Assembly: GCA_965153455.1 (NCBI GenBank)
Contig: OZ234493.1
Span: 2,356,001-2,420,000, forward strand
Length of the DNA: 64,000 nt
From: Sphagnum compactum
Taxonomy: Eukaryota
Direction: 5' to 3'
The notes below the pieces were generated by a model, which saw only the letters and a program-made list of their open reading frames with translations, was not told the DNA's origin and did no database searches. The position numbers and the translations under genes are program-made. Each line of letters starts with the position of its first letter. Positions within the stretch are counted from its first letter, which is position 1. Positions 50,019-61,729 of this stretch are shown here, one piece after another.

Positions 50019-51508
50019 CTAAAACTTATCATAAAAATCTAGCAATTTAGATTTTTATTTTTATTTCAAAATCTTGACAATTTGAGCAAATTTTTCATGA
50101 AATATTCCTTTGTATAGGTCAAAAACATATATTTCAAGTTGAAAGTTGGTGAAATCTCCCCCCCCCGCTCCCAATGGTAGTGACCACCCACTATCACACC
50201 ATGCAAGATGGATGGTATGTGGATAGAAAACATTTTTTCATTGTATTCCTCTCCCATAGCTAACCATGGTAGTTAACTACGTACTAACTATCTACCTACC
50301 TAATAGTTGTCAAGCACATTACCTTCTTACCAAACTACATAATAAACATTTACATTTCATACCTACTTACCTATAGTACTTACCTATTTACATTGGTAGT
50401 TATCTAGGTAATGTGAGGTAGGAAGGTTTGCACGATAGATTACAACATTGTAATTCCAGATCCATGTCATAATGGTCTTCCAATAGATGGTCTACTTGTG
50501 GGTGTGAATTCACATAATTTGCCTTCCTTTTTAACTATGGAATAACTTTTGAAAAATGAACACAACAGCGAAAGGTCAATTACAAACTTCCCATGATCAA
50601 AACCTAGGTGTGGTTTTTTTTTAGGTTGGCAACCTTTGCTTTCAGCAATTTAGAAAACACAATTTCTTAAATGGCAATATGTACAAACATAGGTCGTTAT
50701 AATTCAAAATTATGACTTGCAAATTAGTCAAGTGTGCAATACTAAATATCAATTAGGAGTCAAGTGACATTATAAACTAGAAGGTATCCAAAAACTAGAA
50801 CTTTTTTATATGTGAAATATTAGTGTCAAGTACAATTCATTGCACTTAAGATTATGTCTAGACATTTTTAGTGTTTTTCTTACCTTTTCTTTTCAATTGG
50901 AAATATTGGTAAGACTTGATGATTTTAAAAAAAGGAAAAAAACATACAATACAGTTAGAAGGCAAGGAAGGGAGATTTTAAAAAACCTGGGTTTGGGTGA
51001 TGGTACAAACAACTAGAAACAAATAAAATGTGGACATGATCTTGAATACAACAAATGGCAAAACCACTCACAAACAACCTTTAGCACCGTTGTCCACATC
51101 TCAAGTTAAGAAATAAAAGAGCTTGCATTTAAAAAACACAATTGAAACTCGTTGCCCAAAAATTGGTTTCAAAATGTTTGGAGGGTGTGACATTTTGAAC
51201 CTTTGGTGAGAACCCAACTCGCGACGTCTATTGACATAATAATGTTTTAATTTTCCTTAAAATCATTGGTTCAAATAATAAAATAAAATCCTAATTCATG
51301 AATTTGATTACTAGGTTCATTTTCCATGGATTACTACTTTTGTAGTATCATTCTTCACATTGCAATTGAATAGAAATGAATGTTATTGTAGGTGTGGGGT
51401 TTACCAATAACAAACATCCACAAAATGGTGAGAACTTCTCCTAAGAAAAAATATAGTGTCAAATCTATTTGGAGTTGAACTAAAGTCAATGAGATACAAT
51501 TACACAAG

Positions 51509-51870
51509 CCCCAACATTATATGTGCACACAAATTGTTATTGCAGGCAGGTAGTAGTACAAAAGCATTGCTTATTTCTTTCTTTCACTGATTGCCATTTT
51601 GTTGGTGCCCAGACACATCTTGGGTGCTGCCCATACACACACTTTGGATCCTGTTATGGAGGTTTTGGGCTTGTACCTAGTGTTCATTGCAAGCCCAAAA
51701 GTAGTACATAACATTGTGGGTCCAAAACATGTCTGGGCATCATCATCCATCTGTTTTGAGAAGAAGATGGATGGAGCCAAGGGCAAGTCAAGGAAAAAAA
51801 GAAACAAGCAATGCTTTTGTACTGCCTGCAATAACACCTACCTCTATGCACAATATAATAATGTTGAGGG
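51509..51870. mobile_element. Foldback (long inverted repeat) element, ~360 bp
   Basis: Left arm CCCCAACATTAT..TGTGCAC..TGTTATTGCAGGCAG..TACAAAAGCATTGCTT..TGCCCAGACA pairs with right arm TGTCTGGGCA..AAGCAATGCTTTTGTACTGCCTGCAATAACA..TGCACA..ATAATGTTGAGGG. Confidence 0.8.
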
Positions 51871-54221
51871 TGATGGAAGTACTTATGCATATTATCAAAT
51901 CTTTCACATTGACAATGTAGGGGGAAAATTAAAGTGTTTCAAGTCAATGGGTCATTGGGTTGGTAAGTGCATTAAACAAACACATGAAGGTAAGTAAAGT
52001 GTGTTGTTGACAAAAGGGATCTTGGCTTTGATCACAATTAAAGAATCAAGGTGTTTTGTGTTGACAAGAGTAAAACAATGTAGAAGGAAGGGATATAATT
52101 TTTTTCCAAAAGAAAAACCCTAAAACTAAGATATGAAGCTCCAAATGGCATAATATCCAATTATCCATCAATGTAGTCACTATTATATTTTTATGAGTAT
52201 ATTTTAACCAAAGTCAATGCCATTGGAAGAGGTATGGGTAAGAAGGCTTAATGACATGTTAGGGTGTAATATAAAGAAAATGAAATAACCCAAATAATGA
52301 AGTGATTGTAGGCAGTGATTTTTATTTTATTTTTTTATGGCGAAAATTTGCCATTTTGTTAAAAAAACACAAGTCCAAAGCAACATGGTCAAAGGAACTT
52401 TTTGGAAATTTTGCAAAAGAATTGTCATATTTCAAGGAAGAAAGTTATGAAATTGCCAAGATTTTTGTAGGATTTGGGCACATTTCTAGCTTTCTTCTTT
52501 TGCCATTATGTAGCTAATAGGTTTCAGTAGTTTGTCAACATGTAATATAAATTCTTAGATTTTCTATTTCTCTATTTGTTTTGTAGCCATATTTGGCTAA
52601 ATCCTCCTGTGGCTGATCATCACTTTTGGTGCAACATGAGAAAATTGCAAAATAAATAAATGTATAAATAATTGTGGGTTGGAGGTAAGGTTTAAAAAAA
52701 AAGATTTTGTCATGTAGCCAAAGTACCAATCATCCATACAAAAATTTAGCCAAAATTTTTCTACATACTTCATATTTACATGTTTTAATTTCACTTTTTG
52801 ATGAAATTTGGCTAGAGAAAAAAGGTTGCATGCAACATAACCCTAGTCCCGTGTGAAATGTTGTGACCAAATTCAATTTAGAGAGAAGAAAATACCAAAT
52901 TTGAAGGTGCCCATATGAAACATCTAACCGTACTTAATCTACACATGGTCAATCTAATGGGGCCATGTGTTAGGGATTGAACATACTTCCTAAGCCCCTT
53001 AATTTTAGAATGCACCCACCCTAGGACTTTACCTTACATATAAGTTTAGCCAAACTCAAGCAATTATTTCAATTGTTGGTTGTGTTTGTTGCTTGATCTT
53101 GTTGATATAAAGTGCATGAAGCAAAATTCTGAGTTAGATATCATACATTGCGAAAAATTTACTCAAATTGGTTTCTTACATGAAAAAACTACGGAGATGT
53201 GAACCTCTTTTTGAAATCATCAAAACAAAGGCCCCCCACATTGGTGTGGGTCCTTCCTTTATTTCCACATAGCCTTGTTACCCGAGCTTCACCTTACATA
53301 TAAAAACACTTGGGGACAAAATTCTTAGTGCATTTGGAGGGCATGTTATATCAATCAATATAATTTCTAGAAAAGAGGAGGGATATTATTATGTCTACTC
53401 CTCTCAAGAATGGGAGGGATCTTACACCACCTAATTAGTTAGTTAGAACCATTCCCCTCATATGACTCGTGATCTACATATCAAAAACCTTAAACCCTAA
53501 GCCTTTGCCCTTGTGCTTTACTATGGGTAAAAGCTCACATGTGGGGTGGGGGGTAGAGGAGGTGATACCCTACACAATAGGTATGACTGCCTTTCTTTCT
53601 CAATCTTTTTTGCATTCTTCCCTTCTTACCTTGGAACATAAATAAAATTGGAACTAGGCCTAATTAGGCACAAGAGAAGACTGGTGGTGTCTGAAAGTGA
53701 ATAGGAGGAAATCATAAAGAGTTATGGGCTGAATGCATATTTTTATAAGCTTCTGAGATCTAATATAGAAAATACAAGGATTGGGTTGCATTTATAAGCA
53801 TGAAAATCATCTGATTCTAGATTTTACATGGGATTAGGGTTGCATTTACAAGATGCACAAGGATCATCAGATGATCAACTGGAAGAATATAATGTAACTT
53901 AAGTATTTGTTAGAGTATGCATGTGTTTTTGTGTTGCATTGTAAGAGCACCTCACCTGGGCTCCCAATGCCCATACCCACATATTCGGGCTTTTATTGCA
54001 TTCAATATAGTGTTGTTTCCAATTATGCTCCCCCCCCCCCCCCCAACCCCCCAAAAAAATTAAACATGAAAAATGGGTGGGAGAGTATAAGGTGGGAGTG
54101 TATTTAAATGCAATCACTTGGTCAATCATTATAGCTAGCCCACTCAAGAGTCTTGACATTCAATGGCATTTACAAGCACTGAATCCTATACACACATTTA
54201 TGAACATTACTGGCCCTCTCA

Positions 54222-54967
54222 AATCTCCCAGTGGTGCTCAGTATGTGACCCTTTTGCAAAACCATATTTCTCACATCCAAGTTTAGTTATTTATTGTTTT
54301 GGCAACCTCGGCCATTAAAAGTAAGTAAAACTTACATCCAAGTTTTAGTCTTGTTTTTTTTTTTCTCAACCTCAGCCGTAAAAGTAAAACTGGGTCTACA
54401 AACACGTGAGAGAGAGAGACTACTAATAGCAAACCACCTGGACCAATCATTACGATTGGCCAATCAAAAACAGGGAACAGCAGTCACATCACATTTATTA
54501 CACCCTTCTCTCTCTCGCAGGTGGTGCAGAGCTGCTTTGATGTGCCTATTACCAGAAGTCATTTTATTTTGGGCGAAAAATAGCCAAAAGCCGACACTGA
54601 TCCCCAAGTTTTTGGCAAAAAAATTCACTGGTTTTCCAAAAACGAGTCGCCAAGTTTAGCCCAGTTTTTAATATTTTTTGGGGGAGGGTGTCGCCACAGG
54701 CTTGTCTATAGGCTACACATTCAATAGTGTTGTACAAAACTGCTGTCGCCAGTTAAGTCGAAATCTGTCTTGGGACGCTGGCCATTGCTCCTACACTACA
54801 AATTTTTTTGGGGGTAAAAAACACTACTGATTACCAGCAGCCTCAGCAAACCGGCCAAAAAATGTTGGGCTAAAACCATTTTGTTGCTTGCTGAGCCAAA
54901 CCAGCATGTTTTCACTTTTCTTTATCCAATTTTTAAATTGCAGGATCACAGACTGGATCCTCAGCAT
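54222..54967 (+). mobile_element. Degenerate second copy of the Tourist-like MITE at 9336, interrupted by a 274-bp insertion
   Basis: Shares CCAGTGGTGCTCAGT, CACATCCAAGTTT, TAATAGCAAACCA.CTGGACCAATCATT, ATTTATTACAC and AAACCAGCATGT with 9336-9750. Confidence 0.75.
54556..54829 (+). mobile_element. 274-bp element with an 8-bp target-site duplication (hAT-type MITE candidate)
   Basis: ATTACCAG at both 54548-54555 and 54830-54837. The uninterrupted MITE copy has TTACCAG only once (~9598). Confidence 0.7.
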
Positions 54968-55439
54968 TTCATTTACCTCCTTCACAATAATTAGGATGTA
55001 AGAGTGATGTTGAATAGGAAAGAGATTGAAGGGTTTAGGGTTTAGATTTGAAAGAAATCTCTTGTGAAGGGTTTAGGGTTTAAATTGAAGGGTTTAGGGT
55101 TTACATTTCTTTCAATCTCAAAACAAAATCGATTGCAAGCTCAAACATCAAGAAGTAACCCGGGGGGGAAAAAAAAACCCCAAAAGAGGCATGAGAATGA
55201 GGATAGAGGAACACACTTTGTGAGAAGGTGAGTCCATGATCAGAGAAGCTACAAGTATGTAGCCTGTTGTGTGTGGAAAAAAAAAGGGATAGGGTGAAGA
55301 GAAATTGGTGAGAGAGAGAGTATTAGAATGAAGAAGGATTGGGTTTTTTATATTGTGATCCAAGAGTTGGTAATTGGCATTTATTGGCATTACCTACCAA
55401 GGCAAGAAGGATATTGTTGTGTTTAGATTCATTATCGAG

Positions 55440-56045
55440 TATAGTAGCTTAAGGGATTTTTTTAGGCCCCTACTAGGTAATAATAAATAATAGGTCTATT
55501 TATTATTATATGAGGATTTTTGAAACATGATATATTTTGGCTTGTGTTGAAGGATTGAACCAAGGTGAACCCACTTTCGTGAGATGGGAGTTGGGGTTCA
55601 TTCCTTTTGGTTTCAAAATGGGTTTCTTTTTAATGTTGTGTTTGTGAGTGTTGGGGTGACATTGGCAATGCGATGTTGGGTGACATTGGCCTTTAGAGTT
55701 ATACTATGAATATGTATTGGGATGTTGATGCATTTGTGGCATGCATTTGTTACTATGAAGTTTTTGGAAGGCGAAAAGGCCAAAAACAATGGAACAACAA
55801 TTAAAAGGAACGGCAAAAAAAGCTTAACTTGTGATATTTTACAAGCATGGGTTTTATGGTTTCAAAAGTTTGGCGATTTTCTTTTAAAAATTTAGCAATT
55901 TTTTTGTTTCAAATTTAGACTTAAAAAAAGGGATATGTAGTAGCTTAAGGGATTTTTATAGGCACCTACTAGGTAATAATAATAGGTCTATTTATTTTTA
56001 TATGAGGATTTTTTGAAAGATGATATATTTTGGCTTGTGTTGAAA
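55440..56045 (+). repeat. Local direct duplication of ~110 bp (55442-55552 and 55938-56044)
   Basis: TAGTAGCTTAAGGGATTTTT..CCTACTAGGTAATAATAA..GAGGATTTTTGAAA.ATGATATATTTTGGCTTGTGTTGAA appears twice. Confidence 0.85.
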
Positions 56046-57364
56046 CTTTGAGATTAGTTATCGGAGTTATAATATGTTGAAGGATTTTGGTTTCTTTTAG
56101 AGCAATATTTTTGAAGATTATATTTTGGCATGGTGAAATATTTTGAGTTTCCATAATTCTTCTTTTGCCTTCTTAAAGATCCTTTTGAATGTGAATGGCA
56201 AGGCCACATTATGACACACACACCCCTTGCTAGTTCTGGTAGAGTAAGGACATGAAATTTAGGCATCTTCTCCATGTAGAGTTGGAAGTTGTGCAAAACC
56301 AACAAGTCCAAAACCTGCTTATCTTTGTCCATTTACTCCAATTATTCCTTACAATGGTACACTAGTAGACTGGCACAAGCAATGGCAGCAAAATTTGAGA
56401 GACCCAATAAGTACCCCCCAGTGAGGATGTATATATATATATGTATATATATGTATATAGTTTTATATTTTTATATTTTTTTATTTATAAATAAATTCCC
56501 CCTATGTTCCCAATGTGTTCCCATCAAGTTCCCTAAGATATTCCCAACTGCACCTCAATTTTTTATCTCATATTGTTTGGTCATAGTTTAACTTCCATGT
56601 ATATACATTGCAAGGACACGGGGGGTGGGCTATGCTCACCATTTGCATCGCTTGAAGAATTCAATTGTGTTGCTAAACAAATGGGCTCATTGTGTTACTA
56701 GGAGCGGAGCGGAGTTAAGGTTTAGAACTAACCAATTATGCATCAAGCTAATGGTGTAGCGGTTGTAAACAATTATTGGCAAAATTGCGCGGAGCTCATG
56801 AGTTTAATTTGTGGGTTCAAACCCTTTTTCCCTAAGTAGTAAACCCTACTACCCTAAACCCTACTAGAAGAGCCCTATTTATTTCTTGCTTGGTTAATTT
56901 GTTGAGAGTGATAATAAGAAATTGGAGTTAGATATGTGAACAAGTTGTTGCAAGGTGGTCATGAGCCCTAATTTATAACCAATGGATTATGGGTTGTGCA
57001 CTACCATTGACTTTAAACCCATACACACGAGGGATTTGGTACTCCTCCTTCATTCATCAAGGCTCCTAGAGACCATGGAAGCATTGATTAAAAACATGTT
57101 GAAGTTCATGAAGGAGTTGACAAATTAGGATTACCTTTGGGGAATTGTGCACTTGAAGCCTAAAACTGAAAGCATTGTTAAAGAGGGTTTTTTAATGCCT
57201 CTAGTAGGCATCTTGCACATACCCTATCAGCTCCAAACACTAGATCATAGCAACTAGTAAAAGAATGGAAACAATAATTGAGGTGAGTGCTTTGAAGTGG
57301 GTTTTTTTTAATTATTTATTATGATAATAAATTTTTTAATAATTTAATAATTCATAATTATATA

Positions 57365-57505
57365 TATGGGGATGTCTAGAAAATTTGGCGATTTTTTTCT
57401 CCAAAAAAGAGCAAAATTAGTCAAATTTACACTAGAAACAAACAAAATTCCCAATTTCTTAGGTCTACAAATGGTGAAAACTTGATCCCCGAAAAAACAT
57501 TGGTG
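57365..57505 (+). mobile_element. Short dispersed repeat (AAAATTAGTCAAATTTACACT family)
   Basis: Related copies at ~26310-26460 and ~55830-55930. Confidence 0.55.
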
Positions 57506-60500
57506 TTTTGTGAGTAGCATTTTTGATGTGTTTTTATAAAAGGTGGACAAGGTGGCCCCTACTTTTGTTTTTGCAAAAATTTAATAGCGAAAAGAAAAAT
57601 TGGTATGGTGAAGTTAGCCAACAAAAGAAAGAAAGAAAGTATCTTAAGTTTGATTATGTTAACCAAGTTTTTTGTATTCTTGTTTATAAGGATCAATCAT
57701 TAATCATATTATTGCTCAAATGATACTCATTTAATTACTGTTTAAATCTATTGATTATTATTTTAAATTTTGAATTAGTTCATGAGATACATATAAGTTA
57801 TATTAGAATTCATTCAATCTAACGAAGAACAACCACAAATGTTCATCATCATTTTTTTTCAAAATTCAATCTGAGAGCTTTGCATATATATATAGTTTTA
57901 TTCTAATTTGTTTATGTGAGAACTTGTTTAAGACAAGTAGAGCAAAATAGGAAAATATTATAACAAAACTAGAAGATGTAAATGTGTAATAAACTAAGCG
58001 ATAAATCATAGATTAGAAATAGGACAAAACTACATAAGAAATGTAAGAAGTTCAATATAGGATCAGAATATATATATATATAATTTTCCCATTTGGTGAA
58101 CATCCCCAAGATTTGAAATTCGTGTTCATGATCTTGGTTTGTTGTAACGATTAAAAAATCTAATCCAAGTTGTGTTCCTTTGGGAATTTTTTGCACATAT
58201 TTGTAATTGTTGCACAAGTTGATTTTTGGTTCATCACAAGGTTTGTAAAATAAAAACTTGTTGTAAAATTGGAATTTTAATTAATGCATGATGTCACAAA
58301 TAATAACTATAAATGCACAAAGGATACTGGATGCAAAAATAGGTCATAGGGTAATATATGTAGGAATACATGGTAAGCAATTGCAAGACCATTTTGTGAT
58401 ATAAGAAGGGGTCATTGCACCTATGGAAACATTGTCCATAAATTAGCTACACGAAATGAAGGTTGGAGAAATTATGGACAAGAAAATTTGGGAACAACAC
58501 AATGTCAAACCAAGGTAGTCATTGAATCAACAATCTAAAAGGGTTGGAGAAATACCTTGTAGTTGCATCAATAACCCAATTGAAGGAGTTATGTTTGAGG
58601 TTGAACTTTTATTCATTTAATGTAACAATAGGAGTGACTACAAATCCAATGGGATTGGTACAAGTGAAGATGCTTGTAATAGCAATCCAAAAATGGTGAT
58701 TTAAAGGTTGGTCAATGTGCAATATAAAGTGGATTTAAAAATTGAAAATCCATAAAGGATTTCAAATTGTTCACCTTGATGATCATCTGCACCCATGCAT
58801 CAATAATTGTGATCAAAATGCCAATAAATGATGCTAATTGGATCATATTATACCTAGCAAACTGATGGGCAAAATTTAACAACAATAGTGACAAAATCAT
58901 AGCTAATTGTATATATAGGTCAATTAGATGTGTTAGTTAATTTGGATATGAATGGTGTTTAGCAGTCAAATCCCACGTAAACAAATTTTACCCCGAGTCT
59001 AAACAAAGAGCAAGGCATGTGTTCAAGAATTGTTTTTAAATTGATAAACATCTTCGATGGATGATGTTTGAAGATTTTTCTACAAGAAAACAAGAAGGAT
59101 TTCCATTGCCATACTCATAACTTTTGAATCTTTGTGACAAATTTTATCACAACCTGTAAAACTCATGGATATGGACTTTTATCTTACAATGTGTTAGTCT
59201 TATGTGTTTGAAACTTTGGGATATTAGATGAATTATGTTTAAGAAACTAAAGATCCATTGAGTGAATGGAATGTGGTTTTAATTTATTATGTTATGGACT
59301 TTTTGAAATCGTCAAAACTGTAATTACTTTAAAAGATTTTTAAAGTATTTTTTAAAAATTATTTAAAAAATTATTTTGTGATATTTTCTATTAGTCTTAT
59401 AACATCATGACTTGAAATTGGAAATGAAAAAAAAATTTATTTTCAATATAATCTAAATATTCATATTTTAAGCCAGTTTTCAACTACATTAGAAAAGGAC
59501 TTTGATTCGTTGAAACTTAGCCACCCTAATGTGCTTTCACCCTCCAAATGACATGTGCCATACAATCATGATTTATAGTACATCTCCTCGCCCACTTGTC
59601 TTCGGTTGCCCATGAGCTTCATCTAACAAATATAATAACCACTTGCAAATATTACAATTGAAATCCTTCAACTCTTAACACACCCCACAAACACCACAAC
59701 ATTGATGGTCAAATCCATTCAACATATGGTAAAAAACTTGAATCAAACAAACCTATTTACACCCTTGTTCATATAGATGATTCTTTACAGGGCTCAACGA
59801 AATGCTCCCTTGAACAAGAATCCATAGCAACACAAGTCAAATGGTAGTATTTGCTTGCAAGACATAGTTTGTGCAAAAGATAAATCTCCAAGTACATTAT
59901 AAACTGAAATCTTCTTCATTGATTTGCACCTCTTTAAGCATGTATAAATCTATGCTACCCATGTTCAATGTTTCTTGGTTGTGACCGATTTTTCATTTAT
60001 GGGCATCTTTTACCAGGAACCAATTCATTAGAGCCAACTAAGACATATGACATAGATCTTATAATTCCTTTTAAAAGAAACATTTTAGTTATCTTAGGAA
60101 CATAACTATCAAAGGGTGTCAAATATAATGTTATCAAAATTCCCTACAATTTATGTATCAGCCCTATTCATTTGGAAGTAGATTGGATCATTTGTGAACA
60201 CAAGTATCACAACCAAGGTTAAATTTGTAGCATAGGAAAAGTCATGCACCCACAAAAGACCAACATTTGAAGTAGGAAAATATTGTACCCACACATTGTG
60301 AAAGTTAAATCATACCAACATGAAATTAATGATAACATTCGTGCCAATTCATTGCCTAGGGCATGCATTTGTGGTGTAACAAAATATCATATACATTCTT
60401 GTTCTAGAACCTAACACATGTATATGAAGTTGCCATGTTCACTTGGAAGTAAATGGATAGGACATGTTGTCTACTATAACAATGTGACTAAAGACAAAAC

Positions 60501-60932
60501 AAGAATATTCTATCAATGCATGGATGCCAAAGGCCTTTGCACAAGTGCGAAACATGGTTGATTCGAGCTTTAGGATTTCACAAATAAAGAAGAAACATAA
60601 TTATTGGAGAACCCAAGGGCCATTTGTGCCGATTGCATTTACTGGCCTACACCATCAAACAATTTAGCATTAAAAAAAACCACCTTAGCTACCTCCTAAT
60701 TATACCAAGTATCAATAAATCACATTCATTTATTTTTTCATATGAATGGGTGCTATGTATATATCTTTGTTAGAACTCAAGTAAATTTAAATATCAACCT
60801 TGTTCACTTGGAAGTAGATGGACAATTTGTCAACACAAACATCATATCCAAATTTCAAATTTGCATCATAACAAAAGTCATGCACCCAAATTTTTGGACA
60901 CTTCTAGTAGAATTTGTTTTGCACATGTACAT

Positions 60933-61729
60933 TGTCACAACCTTAGCATTGGGCTTGTGATTAAGGTTAAAACATGAAATGGAAACAAACTAAAAAAATG
61001 TCCTAGGATTCAAACACATTTCTAGAAGTGTGGGATACTGCAAGGACACAAGTTCCAACATGAGCTCAAGTGGATTCCCACTTTGGGAGTTGGAGTTTCA
61101 CGGGTGTCTTGAATATTTGGGACAAGGTTTTAGATAGTAAATTTTGTCAGAATTGTGTCCTTTTTAGACCATTGAATATGTCCAAAATAGTAGATATTGA
61201 AAGTGAGTTTGCATTTTCCATTTAGAGATTTGAAACACAAGTTATGCTAAAAAAAGTGGCCAGGAATCAAATTAACATTTGAATTTTGACCATTAAAACC
61301 CATGAAACAACTTTTCCCTCAATAACTCTTCAATCAAAATCCATATGTGGGTTGATGAGCTTGCAACATTGTGGGACTTTTAACTTGGCAATTTTTTTTA
61401 AAAATTGAGACTTTGATTCCCTTTTGGAAATCCTAGGATTTTTTGTCGTTTTGATGTAATCCTTCCCACTAATCACAAATTGTACTATAGGGAGGAACAT
61501 GATGATTCTTCCCAAATCCAAATTGTGGTGTGTATTGTGAATTTTGGTTTCCCATCGTTCAATTGTGGGCTAATTTAGTTATTACTTACACTAATTGCCC
61601 CTTTTTTTGGGTCGTGTGAATTGAATTGAATTTGAATTTAAACTTGTGAATTCATCTAGTCCCATCCCAAAGCTCCCATGCCTTCTTTCTTTGTGGGGGC
61701 TAAGGAGTGCACCTTGGGTTTGCATTACA
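60933..61729 (+). mobile_element. Degenerate solo-LTR-like repeat (~800 bp)
   Basis: Starts TGTCACAACC, a common Gypsy LTR start, and can end ...TTACA. Non-coding, with internal CCCACTTTGGGAGTTGGAG. Boundaries are approximate and no clear TSD was found. Confidence 0.45.

Noticed and set aside
51599-51997. 132-aa ORF with CxCxxC
   Set aside because: Overlaps the foldback inverted repeat and is better explained as a non-coding element.
58300-60700. Possible decayed coding sequence (transposase or helicase relic)
   Set aside because: Stop-riddled in the frames I read and no motif I could name with confidence; needs tBLASTn or HMM search.
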